Shown here piece by piece: positions 20,373 through 29,733 of a stretch of DNA of 64,000 nucleotides. This DNA is from an uncultured Peptostreptococcaceae bacterium. GTDB taxonomy: Bacteria; Bacillota; Clostridia; Peptostreptococcales; Peptostreptococcaceae. The notes under the pieces are model-generated. The model did no database searches, was not told where the DNA came from, and saw nothing but the letters and a program-made list of their open reading frames with translations. Within the stretch, counting starts at the first letter, position 1, and the number at the start of each line of letters is the position of its first letter. Where the stretch lies: assembly GCA_944383455.1 (NCBI GenBank), contig CALWPP010000003.1, positions 51,652-115,651 of the forward strand, read 5' to 3'. The translations under genes and the position numbers were made by a program.

Positions 20373-21111
20373 TATTATCTATCTCCTTCCATAGCATATC
20401 AAAGTATTCCTTAAATTTAGGATTAGTTCTAGCTTCAAGAGGAGTTATTTTTTTATCTTTTCTAAAGTCCATAAAATGTATGCTTTTTACTGTTGTTGGT
20501 CTTTTTGTTATTACTATTACAACATCACTCATAGATATAGCTTCACTTATATCATGAGTAACAAGTATTGCTGATTTATTCTCATCTTTTATTATTTTAA
20601 ATACATCATCAGAAACAATAAGTCTTGTTTGATAATCAAGTGCAGAAAACGGCTCATCTAAAAGTAAGATATCGGGATTTACAGAAAGTGTTCTAATTAA
20701 TGCTACACGTTGTCTCATACCACCTGATAATTCTTTTGGGTACATATTTCTAAAATCCCAAAGTCCGTAAGTTTTTAGTAGTTTTTCAATTCTTGATATA
20801 TTATCAGGTGTTTTTTTGTTTTGTATCTCAAGACCAATAGTTATATTATCCATTATATTTAACCACTCAAGAAGATGGTCTTTTTGAAACATATAACCTA
20901 TTTTCCCTGTTGTATCAATACTACCAGAAGTAGGTTCTATTAAATTTGTCATAATGTTTAATATAGTTGATTTTCCACATCCTGATGGTCCCAAAAGAGT
21001 AACTATATCTCCCTTATTGATATAAAAATTCATATTTTTTATTACTTCTATTTCCCCATCTTTATTGTAGAATGACTTATTTAAATTTTTTACTTGTAAT
21101 ATCTTTTCCAT
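20359..21111 (-). CDS. ABC transporter ATP-binding protein (NitT/TauT family)
   Basis: Walker A 'GPSGCGKST', signature 'LSGGMRQRV' and Walker B 'LLLDEPFSALD'. GGGGG RBS precedes the ATG at 21111. Confidence 0.9.
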   Translation of the reverse strand: MEKILQVKNLNKSFYNKDGEIEVIKNMNFYINKGDIVTLLGPSGCGKSTILNIMTNLIEPTSGSIDTTGKIGYMFQKDHLLEWLNIMDNITIGLEIQNKKTPDNISRIEKLLKTYGLWDFRNMYPKELSGGMRQRVALIRTLSVNPDILLLDEPFSALDYQTRLIVSDDVFKIIKDENKSAILVTHDISEAISMSDVVIVITKRPTTVKSIHFMDFRKDKKITPLEARTNPKFKEYFDMLWKEIDNNEVK

Positions 21112-21206
21112 ACAGCACCCCCAAATTATTGTAGTTAATTTATAGTATTCAAATTTTAGGGATTTGTACCAATATTGTTTAAAAATATACAAATTTATTA
21201 AAGTAT

Positions 21207-22223
21207 TTACACATTAGAATAGAATTTTACACAAGTTTCAAACAGATTATCTTTTAATGAATCGAAATTGATATCTTTTAAATAATTATAAAACTTTAAA
21301 TCATAAACATAGTTAGAAAAGTCATATTGCATATTATAATACTTGTAATCAAGATATTTAGAAAAACCTTCAACTAAATTTTCTACACACCACTCCTCAA
21401 AACTGTATGAACTAGAGTATTTATTATAACTATCTACTAAATCAGTATCATTTTTAAGTTTATTGGAAATCATTAAGAATTTATCATTAAAAAGTAATTG
21501 ATCTAGTATGTCTTTTGAGTATCTACTAATACAAATTCTTATTATGTCGTATGAAGATGAATATTCTGATATAGTTGTGATAAGATCATTATCCTTTATA
21601 AAATAGCTTGTACTTTTTGGATTTAAAGAGTAGTAAAATATTGGTGAATATATCTTATCTATTTTTTCTCCAGAAATATTTTCGACAAACTTGACTAAAT
21701 CAACTTTTGAATTATTAATTATTTTATTTAGGTTGGATTGCTTTTTCGTGAGTAAAAATTTTTGCTTATTAAAATAAAATTTAAAATGTTCATTGTAAAA
21801 ATATGTAAAAAAATCTTTAAAGTCTTTCTTTTGTTCATTAGAAATATTAAGTTTATCAGTATTTATTATGTAATCTATTATATTATCAATAGATGAGTTA
21901 TCGTCTATTTCAATTAGTAAATTAATATAATCCCAAGACGAATTATTAATAAATATATTGTCTAATTTTTTTAACATATCCTTATCTAAATTATTTTTGG
22001 TGTTTTTTAGCCATTTATAATGATTATATGAAAAAGAAGATATATTTTCATATTCTTCTTCACTATTATCATTTAATAGATATATCTCATAAGCAGTTTC
22101 TATTAAAGATATTTTTAAATTTAAATTTTTTACTACTATATTATTAGTCTCTACTTTGTCGTTTGCAAAACCTATAAAACTAAAAAAAGGTATAATTAAA
22201 ATAATATATTTAAAAATATTCAA
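21207..22223 (-). CDS. Hypothetical secreted protein
   Basis: N-terminal signal peptide 'MNIFKYIILIIPFFSFIGFA'. Asn/Tyr/Lys-rich with no recognisable motif. It sits where a substrate-binding protein would be expected. Confidence 0.5.
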   Translation of the reverse strand: MNIFKYIILIIPFFSFIGFANDKVETNNIVVKNLNLKISLIETAYEIYLLNDNSEEEYENISSFSYNHYKWLKNTKNNLDKDMLKKLDNIFINNSSWDYINLLIEIDDNSSIDNIIDYIINTDKLNISNEQKKDFKDFFTYFYNEHFKFYFNKQKFLLTKKQSNLNKIINNSKVDLVKFVENISGEKIDKIYSPIFYYSLNPKSTSYFIKDNDLITTISEYSSSYDIIRICISRYSKDILDQLLFNDKFLMISNKLKNDTDLVDSYNKYSSSYSFEEWCVENLVEGFSKYLDYKYYNMQYDFSNYVYDLKFYNYLKDINFDSLKDNLFETCVKFYSNV

Positions 22224-22384
22224 AATACATCACTCCCACAATTATCTTATTTAATTTTAAAACTTAAAAACCTTTTAAAACTTTGCGACTAAAAATTACA
22301 TAAATATAATTTGTTGTCATAAAGTAAAATTAATTACATATATTGAAAGATTTATAGTATAATTTAATTTATTATTTGCTATAA

Positions 22385-23599
22385 ATGATAAATTTATGTT
22401 TCGTAGGAGGAGTTTTTTTGTTTTCTAATTTTTTAATAAAAAAATTTATAAAAGATAGCGAAAATATTGATGATGAAGTAGTAAGAAATAGATATGGTTA
22501 TTTAGCAGGTATTGTTGGAATATTATCAAATTTATTATTATTTTTAATAAAAATATCAATTGGACTAATAACTTTTAGTATTTCTATAATGGCTGATGCA
22601 TTTAATAATTTATCTGATATGGCCTCATCAGTTATAACTATAATTGGATTTAAACTTGCAAGTATTCCACCAGATAAAGAGCATCCATTTGGACATGGAA
22701 GACTTGAGTATATATCTGCATTAATAGTTGCTTTTATGGTTATGATAGTTGGAATTCAATTTACAAAATCATCAATAGATAGAATCTTAAATCCAGTTAG
22801 TATTAAGTTTGAAATTACATCATTTATAATTTTAATTGTATCAATTTTTATTAAGTTTTGGCTTAGCAGATTTAATAAAATTATTGGAGAAAAAATAAAT
22901 TCGTCTGCTATAAAAGCTTCATCAGTAGATGCATTAGGAGACGTTTTTACTTCTAGTACAGTAATTTTAGCTTTTTTTATATCACAGTTTACATCTTTAC
23001 CAATTGATGGATATATTGGGGTTGTAGTTTCGCTTTTAATTCTTTATGCAGGATATAGTTTAATAAAAGAAACTATAAGTCCACTTTTAGGTGAGGCTCC
23101 AGAACCTGAATTTGTTGAAACTTTAAACGATATGATACTTTCTTATAAACCAATAATTGGGGTTCACGACCTTATAGTTCATAATTATGGCGTTTATAAA
23201 ACTATAGCATCTGTTCATGTTGAGATACCAGCAGACCTTGATTTAATAACTGTACACGATATAATTGATAAGGCAGAAAGAGAAATTTCAAAAAAATTAA
23301 AAATACATCTTGTTATGCACATGGACCCAGTTTGTATTGAATGCGAGAAAATACAAGAAGTAAAATATGAAATAGATAAAATAATAAAATACAATCCTTT
23401 AATTAAATCTATGCATGACTTTAGAATAATTGGAAGTGGAAATGATGATAAAACTATTATGTTTGATGTTGTAGTTGATAGCGAAAAATTTGATAAAATC
23501 AGTAATGAAGAAGATTTAAAAAATGATTTATTTGAATGTGTAAAATCTATAAATAAAAATTATAATTGTATAATAAATATTGATAGAGACTATTATTAA
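22385..23599 (+). CDS. Cation diffusion facilitator (CDF) family metal efflux transporter
   Basis: 'MADAFNNLSDM' and 'DALGDVFTS' TM metal-site motifs plus a C-terminal cytoplasmic domain. The likely true start is TTG 22418, 6 nt after the AGGAGGAG RBS. Confidence 0.85.
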   Translation: MINLCFVGGVFLFSNFLIKKFIKDSENIDDEVVRNRYGYLAGIVGILSNLLLFLIKISIGLITFSISIMADAFNNLSDMASSVITIIGFKLASIPPDKEHPFGHGRLEYISALIVAFMVMIVGIQFTKSSIDRILNPVSIKFEITSFIILIVSIFIKFWLSRFNKIIGEKINSSAIKASSVDALGDVFTSSTVILAFFISQFTSLPIDGYIGVVVSLLILYAGYSLIKETISPLLGEAPEPEFVETLNDMILSYKPIIGVHDLIVHNYGVYKTIASVHVEIPADLDLITVHDIIDKAEREISKKLKIHLVMHMDPVCIECEKIQEVKYEIDKIIKYNPLIKSMHDFRIIGSGNDDKTIMFDVVVDSEKFDKISNEEDLKNDLFECVKSINKNYNCIINIDRDYY

Positions 23600-23630
23600 A
23601 ACGGTATAAATATTTTACCGTTTTTTATTT
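23598..23630 (+). terminator. Intrinsic terminator after the CDF gene
   Basis: AAAACGGTA ... TACCGTTTT stem followed by a T-run. Confidence 0.75.
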
Positions 23631-23754
23631 TTATACATAGTATTTAAAAATAAAAAAATTTTATTTTTAATTTAAGATATATCAAGCAGTTAATAATTTT
23701 TATTTAAAGTCAAGTATTTTTTATATATTTTTTTTGTGATATACTTAATCGAAA

Positions 23755-23800
23755 ACACAATATATTGTATTTTTTATATAAAAAATACAATATATTGTGT
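23755..23800. promoter_or_regulatory. Two NrdR boxes arranged as one perfect 46-bp palindrome
   Basis: ACACAATATATTGTAT (23755..23770) and ATACAATATATTGTGT (23785..23800) match the NrdR-box consensus acaCwAtATaTwGtgt. They lie 70 nt upstream of nrdE. Confidence 0.85.
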
Positions 23801-23870
23801 TTTAAATATTGTTTAAGATATTAAAAAAATTTAACTAGATATTTAAAATTAGATGGGGTAGGTTTAATTT

Positions 23871-25949
23871 ATGAAAAATTATTTAGAGTACAATAATAAA
23901 ATTATGTTAAAAAATGATGGATTTTTTTCATTAGAATTCGATAGAGAAGCTGTGAGACTTTTTGAAGAAGAAGTCGATGAAAAAATGCTAAAATTTGATA
24001 ATTATATAGACAAAATGAAATTTTTAATTACAAATGACTACTACATAGACTTTTTTTCAATGTATAGTGATTTAGATATAAATTCATTAAAAGACATAGT
24101 GTATAGTTATAATTTTAAATTTAGTTCTTTTATGGCAATATCCAAATTTTATCAATCTTACGCACTAAAAACTGATGATAAAGAGTTTTACTTAGAAAAA
24201 TATGAAGATAGGATAATTGCTTGTGCATTAGAGCTTGGAAAAGGTGATTACAAAAAATCAAAAGAATATGCAGTAGCAATGATAGAACAAAGATATCAAC
24301 CAGCAACACCAACTTTTTTAAATGCAGGTAAAAAAAGAAGAGGAGAATTTGTTAGCTGTTATCTTTTGGAAATGGATGATAGCCTAAATTCTATAAATTA
24401 CGTTTTAGGGCTTTGTGGTCAGCTATCAAAAATAGGTGGAGGGGTTGCCGTTAACGTTTCTAAGCTAAGAAGTAGAGGAGAAGAAATAAAAGGAATTAAA
24501 AATGCATCAAGTGGTGTAATACCAGTATTAAAACTTTTAGAAGGTTATTTTAGTTATGTAAATCAGCTTGGTCAAAGACCAGGTGCAGGTGCTGCATACT
24601 TAAATATATTCCATAATGATATAATAGAATTCTTAGATACAAAAAAAATAAACTCATCTGAACAATCTAGACTTCAAACGTTAAGTATAGCCGTAATAAT
24701 ACCAGATAAGTTTTTAGAAATTGCAAAAGAAGGTAAAAATTATTATACATTTGGGCCCAAATCAGTTTATAACGAATATGGTATACATTTAGATGATATG
24801 AATATGAACGAGTGGTATGATAAACTTGTTGAGAACGAAAATGTTACTAAATCTAGTAGAAATCCAAGGGAAATACTTAATCATATAGCAAAAATGCAAT
24901 TTGAAAGTGGGTATCCATACATAATGTATAAAGATAATGCAAACAAAGTACATGCTCTTAAAGATATCGGTAATATTAATATGACTAATTTATGTACTGA
25001 GATAATGCAGTTACAAGAAACATCTATAATAAATGATTATAATGAAGAAAATATAATAAAAAGAGATATATGTTGTAATTTAGGTTCTTTAAATATACTT
25101 AATGTTATGAATAATAAATCAATAAAAGAATCTGTATATACATCAATAGATATGCTAAATGCAGTTTCTAGTTCAATGGATATAAAAAACGCACCTGGAG
25201 TTATGAAAGCTAATAAAGAGTTAAGAGCAATAGGGCTTGGTGCTATGAATTTACACGGATACCTTGCAATAAATAATATACCTTATGAAAGTGAGTATGC
25301 AAAAGAGTTTGTAAATCAATTTTTTATGATGGTTAATTTTTACTCTATAAAAAGAAGTATGGAAATTGCAAAAATCAAAGGCAGCTTTAAAGATTTTGAA
25401 AAAAGTGAATATGCAAAAGGAACTTATTTTAATAAGTATATAGAACATGATTACACTGCAAAGAGTGATAAAATTAAAGGTCTTTTTGATGGAATATATA
25501 TTCCAACTAAAGATGACTGGAAGAATTTATCACAAGATGTTATGAAATATGGACTTTATAATGCATATAGACTTACAATAGCTCCTACACAAAGTATTGG
25601 ATATATACAAAATGCTACTCCAAGTGTTGGTCCTATAACAGAACAAATCGAAAGAAGAACTTATGGTGATTCAACTACATATTATCCTATGCCAAACTTA
25701 AGTAAAGAAAATATGCTTCTTTATAAGTCTGCTTATCATATGGATATGTTTAAGATTATAGACTTAATATCTGTAATACAAGAGCATATAGACCAAGCTA
25801 TATCAACAACACTATATGTAGATAGCAATACAACAACAAAAGAGCTTGTTAAATATTATATATATGCACATAAAAAGAATTTAAAATCACTTTATTACAC
25901 TAGAGCTAAAAATTTATCTTTTGAAGAATGTTTAAGTTGTTCTATATAA
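23871..25949 (+). CDS. nrdE: Ribonucleotide reductase class Ib, alpha subunit
   Basis: 692 aa with no ATP-cone. Active-site 'NLCTEI' and a C-terminal redox pair 'ECLSCSI'. Confidence 0.88.
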   Translation: MKNYLEYNNKIMLKNDGFFSLEFDREAVRLFEEEVDEKMLKFDNYIDKMKFLITNDYYIDFFSMYSDLDINSLKDIVYSYNFKFSSFMAISKFYQSYALKTDDKEFYLEKYEDRIIACALELGKGDYKKSKEYAVAMIEQRYQPATPTFLNAGKKRRGEFVSCYLLEMDDSLNSINYVLGLCGQLSKIGGGVAVNVSKLRSRGEEIKGIKNASSGVIPVLKLLEGYFSYVNQLGQRPGAGAAYLNIFHNDIIEFLDTKKINSSEQSRLQTLSIAVIIPDKFLEIAKEGKNYYTFGPKSVYNEYGIHLDDMNMNEWYDKLVENENVTKSSRNPREILNHIAKMQFESGYPYIMYKDNANKVHALKDIGNINMTNLCTEIMQLQETSIINDYNEENIIKRDICCNLGSLNILNVMNNKSIKESVYTSIDMLNAVSSSMDIKNAPGVMKANKELRAIGLGAMNLHGYLAINNIPYESEYAKEFVNQFFMMVNFYSIKRSMEIAKIKGSFKDFEKSEYAKGTYFNKYIEHDYTAKSDKIKGLFDGIYIPTKDDWKNLSQDVMKYGLYNAYRLTIAPTQSIGYIQNATPSVGPITEQIERRTYGDSTTYYPMPNLSKENMLLYKSAYHMDMFKIIDLISVIQEHIDQAISTTLYVDSNTTTKELVKYYIYAHKKNLKSLYYTRAKNLSFEECLSCSI

Positions 25950-25989
25950 TTTTTATTACTAAATACTAATGATATGAGGTTTTATTAAT

Positions 25990-26964
25990 ATGATAAATAA
26001 TAACAAAAGAAAAGCGATAAACTGGAACAATATAAATAATACTTTTTATGAAGTATTATTTACAAAGCAATCTGAACAATACTGGCTACCTCAAGAAATA
26101 CCTGTAAATGATGATAAATTATGTTTTGAATTATTAGATAAAAATATAAAAGAAACTTATGAATATATTCTATCAGGTCTTACTCTATTAGATACAGAGC
26201 AGACCGTTGGTATTACTTATATAGCTCAAAATGTAGATAATTTATTTCAAAAAAGTATTTTGGGATTATTTTCAGGATTTGAAAGTATTCACGCAAAAAG
26301 TTACTCTCAAATATTTCAAACTTTATGTTCAACTAAGAGAATAGATGAACTATTTGATTGGATAGAAAGTAACGGTGCATTACAAAAAAAAGTAAAACAT
26401 ATAATAGCTAAATACCAGAATATAAATAATGACGATGATTTATTTATTGCTATGGTTGGAAGTTTATGTTTGGAAGGGATATGCTTTTACTCAGGATTTT
26501 ACTTACCTTTACTATTAGCAGGAGAAGGTAAGATGGTTAAAAGTGGGGAGATAATAAATTTAATACTAAGAGATGAAATGCTTCACACTAAAGGTATAGG
26601 TTTTTTTGCACAAGAAGAACTAAAAAAATATAATAAAGATAAACAAGAATATTTAAAAGAAGAAGCTAAAAAACTTATAATGGAAGTTTACAATATAGAA
26701 AAAAACTACACTGAAGTTTTATATGAAAAATTACATCATATGATAGATGATGTTATAGTTTATGTTAAATATAACGTAAATTATACTTTAGAATGCTTAG
26801 GTTTAAATAAAGAGTTTAATGTGTCTGAGGTTGACGTTAATCCAATAGTTATGAATGGGTATTCAACTGAAACAAAAATACACGATTTTTTTAGTACAAA
26901 AGGAAATGGATATATAAAAACTACAAAAGTTGAAGAGCTTGATGACGATGTTTTTGATGTATAA
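25990..26964 (+). CDS. nrdF: Ribonucleotide reductase class Ib, beta subunit
   Basis: Di-metal ligands 'ESIHAKSY' and 'RDEMLH', radical Tyr region 'SYSQIF'. 324 aa. Confidence 0.88.
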   Translation: MINNNKRKAINWNNINNTFYEVLFTKQSEQYWLPQEIPVNDDKLCFELLDKNIKETYEYILSGLTLLDTEQTVGITYIAQNVDNLFQKSILGLFSGFESIHAKSYSQIFQTLCSTKRIDELFDWIESNGALQKKVKHIIAKYQNINNDDDLFIAMVGSLCLEGICFYSGFYLPLLLAGEGKMVKSGEIINLILRDEMLHTKGIGFFAQEELKKYNKDKQEYLKEEAKKLIMEVYNIEKNYTEVLYEKLHHMIDDVIVYVKYNVNYTLECLGLNKEFNVSEVDVNPIVMNGYSTETKIHDFFSTKGNGYIKTTKVEELDDDVFDV

Positions 26965-27032
26965 TATAAATATATGATTAATTTTATTGTATAATTTATA
27001 TAATTAAATAAAATTAAAAAGGAAGTAAAATT

Positions 27033-28211
27033 ATGTTATCAAAAAGATTATCAAATATGATACCTTCTTATACTATTGGAATTAGTTCAAAAGTATCAAA
27101 GTTAAAATCTGAAGGTATAAAAGTTTTAGATTTAAGTATAGGTGACCCTGATTTTAAAGTTCCTCAAAAAGCAATAGATTATGGCATTAATTCATTAGAA
27201 AATAATATAACAAAATATGATTTAGCTAATGGGCTAAAAATTTTAAGAGAAGAAATTTCAAAAAAATTATTAAAAGAAAATAACGTAAAATATAATCCTG
27301 ATGAAATAGTTGTATCAAGTGGTGCAAAAAATTGTATAACTAATACTTTTTTAGCATTAACTAATACTTATGATGAAGTTTTAATACCAAGTCCTTATTG
27401 GGTAAGTTATATAGAAACAGTTAAGCTTTTAAATTGTATACCTGTTGTTGTGAGTACATCAAAAGAAAATAATTTTAAAGTGACTATTTCTGATTTGGAA
27501 AAATATAAGACAGAAAAAACTAAGGTTTTACTTTTAAATAATCCATCAAATCCTACAGGAGTCATTTATACTAAAGAAGAACTTCTAGAAATAGTTGATT
27601 TTTGCTACAAAAATAATATCTATATAATATCTGATGAAATTTATGAGAGAATATGTTTTGATACTGAATTTATTTCTATAGCTTCTTTATCAGAAAAAGC
27701 AAAAAAAATCACAATAACTATAAATGGATTTTCAAAATCAGTTGCAATGACTGGTCTTCGTGTGGGATATACTGCATCAAATAAAAAAATTGCAGACGCT
27801 ATTAAAAATATTCAAGGGCATTTAATTTCTCATCCAAGTGTTACCTCTCAATATGTTGCTTATGGGGCACTTAAAGAATGTGAAAATGAAATTGATGAAA
27901 TGGTTAAAATTTATAAAAAAAGAAGAGATGTAGCTTGTAACTTATTAAACGATATAGATGAAATAAGTTATATATATCCAAATGGAGCTTTTTATGTTTT
28001 TGTTGATTTATCAAAAATAAAAGAAAAAATAAAATATGAAGAAAGTTTTTCAATAGAATTTTGTAATCTAATTTTAGAAAAAGAAAATGTAGCATTAGTT
28101 CCAGGAATAGCTTTTGGTATGGATGATTTTGTAAGAATATCATTTGCTTGTAGTGAAGATACATTAACTAATGGAATTTTAAAAATAAAATCATTTATAT
28201 CAAATTTATAA
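27033..28211 (+). CDS. PLP-dependent aminotransferase, class I (aspartate aminotransferase-like)
   Basis: 'NNPSNPTG' and the PLP-lysine motif 'NGFSKSVAMTGLRVGY'. Confidence 0.85.
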   Translation: MLSKRLSNMIPSYTIGISSKVSKLKSEGIKVLDLSIGDPDFKVPQKAIDYGINSLENNITKYDLANGLKILREEISKKLLKENNVKYNPDEIVVSSGAKNCITNTFLALTNTYDEVLIPSPYWVSYIETVKLLNCIPVVVSTSKENNFKVTISDLEKYKTEKTKVLLLNNPSNPTGVIYTKEELLEIVDFCYKNNIYIISDEIYERICFDTEFISIASLSEKAKKITITINGFSKSVAMTGLRVGYTASNKKIADAIKNIQGHLISHPSVTSQYVAYGALKECENEIDEMVKIYKKRRDVACNLLNDIDEISYIYPNGAFYVFVDLSKIKEKIKYEESFSIEFCNLILEKENVALVPGIAFGMDDFVRISFACSEDTLTNGILKIKSFISNL

Positions 28212-28217
28212 AACTTA

Positions 28218-28263
28218 AATCCTATAGAATAGATAAATAAAAATCTATTCTATAGGATTTTTT
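28218..28263 (+). terminator. Intrinsic terminator
   Basis: AAATCCTATAGAATAGAT / ATCTATTCTATAGGATTT stem followed by TTTT. Confidence 0.85.
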
Positions 28264-28355
28264 ATTTTTAATGCGAAAAATACAAATTTAAGATATAAAA
28301 ATTAAATATAAGGAAAAAATTAATCTATATATTAATGTAAAAGAGAGGAATTTAT

Positions 28356-29651
28356 ATGGAAAATGTATTAACTATAACAGACAAATGTATAGGCTGTACT
28401 GCTTGTACTAAGGTATGTCCAGTTGATTGTATAAATGGAGAAAGAAAATCTAAACATAGTATAGATTTTAAAAGGTGTACTCATTGCGGTCAGTGTATTT
28501 CAGTTTGTCCTGTTGATGCAATAATAACAAAAGACTATACAAATAAATTTTTAAATGATTTAAAAAATAATGAAAAAATAGTAATAACTCAAATGGCTCC
28601 AGCTGTTAGAGTTTCAATTGGAGAAGCTTTTGGTTTTGATGTTGGCCTTAATGTTGAAAAGAAATTAGCAACAGCTCTTAGAAAAATTGGAGTTGATTAT
28701 GTATTTGATACAACTTGGGCTGCCGATTTAACTATAACAGAAGAAGCTACTGAACTTCAACAAAGGGTTGAAAAATACATTTCTGGTGACAAAGATGTTA
28801 AGCTTCCAATACTTACATCATGCTGTCCATCTTGGGTAAAATTTATTGAACAAAATTATCAAGATATGTTAGAGGTTCCATCAAGTGTTAAATCTCCTAT
28901 GCAAATATTTGCATCAGTTGCTAAAAATATTTGGGCAAAGGAGAAAAATATAGATAGAAAAAACTTAGTTTCTGTTGCAATAATGCCTTGTATTGCTAAA
29001 AAGTATGAATCAGAAAGAAAAGAGTTTTCAAAAGATGATAATTACGATGTTGATTATGTTATAACAACTAGAGAACTTATAAAAATCTTTGAAGAAAAAG
29101 GCATAAACTTAATGGAATTAGAAGATAGTGAGATAGATAATGTGATGGGGGATTATACTGGTGCTGGTATGATATTTGGTAGAACTGGTGGAGTGATAGA
29201 AGCTGCAACTAGAACTGCTGTTACTAAAATGACTGGCAAAGTTCCAGAAAACATTGAATTTGAACAACTACGAGGATTTGAAGGTTTTAGAAGTGCTAAA
29301 GTTTGCTGTGGTGATATCACTCTAAAAATAGGAGTTACACACGGACTTAAAGAAGCTAAAAAAATGCTTGATAAAATAAGAAGTGGTGAAGAATTTTATC
29401 ATGCGATAGAAATAATGGCTTGTACTGGTGGATGTGTTGGTGGAGGTGGACAACCAAAAGTTAAAAAAAGAGATGAAGTACTAATAAAAAGAGCAGAAGG
29501 GCTTAATAAAATAGATAGAGAATGTAAGTTTAGAAGGTCTGAGGAAAATCCTCAAATTATAGCTTTATACGAAAAATATTTAGACTATCCAATGAGTAAA
29601 AAAGCTCATAAGCTTTTACATACTACTTATTTTCCAAAAAATATTGACTAA
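28356..29651 (+). CDS. hydA: [FeFe] hydrogenase, short form with two N-terminal [4Fe-4S] ferredoxin motifs
   Basis: 'CIGCTACTKVCP' and 'CTHCGQCISVCP', plus H-cluster motifs 'TSCCPSW', 'MPCIAKKYE' and 'EIMACTGGCVGGGGQP'. Confidence 0.92.
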   Translation: MENVLTITDKCIGCTACTKVCPVDCINGERKSKHSIDFKRCTHCGQCISVCPVDAIITKDYTNKFLNDLKNNEKIVITQMAPAVRVSIGEAFGFDVGLNVEKKLATALRKIGVDYVFDTTWAADLTITEEATELQQRVEKYISGDKDVKLPILTSCCPSWVKFIEQNYQDMLEVPSSVKSPMQIFASVAKNIWAKEKNIDRKNLVSVAIMPCIAKKYESERKEFSKDDNYDVDYVITTRELIKIFEEKGINLMELEDSEIDNVMGDYTGAGMIFGRTGGVIEAATRTAVTKMTGKVPENIEFEQLRGFEGFRSAKVCCGDITLKIGVTHGLKEAKKMLDKIRSGEEFYHAIEIMACTGGCVGGGGQPKVKKRDEVLIKRAEGLNKIDRECKFRRSEENPQIIALYEKYLDYPMSKKAHKLLHTTYFPKNID

Positions 29652-29674
29652 AAACATTAGCTTTACTTAATAAA

Positions 29675-29712
29675 AATCCTATAGGATATACATTGTTCTA
29701 TAGGATTTTTTT
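29675..29712 (+). terminator. Intrinsic terminator
   Basis: AATCCTATAG ... CTATAGGATT stem followed by TTTTT. Confidence 0.8.
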
Positions 29713-29733
29713 ACTTTAAAAATTACTCGTGTA

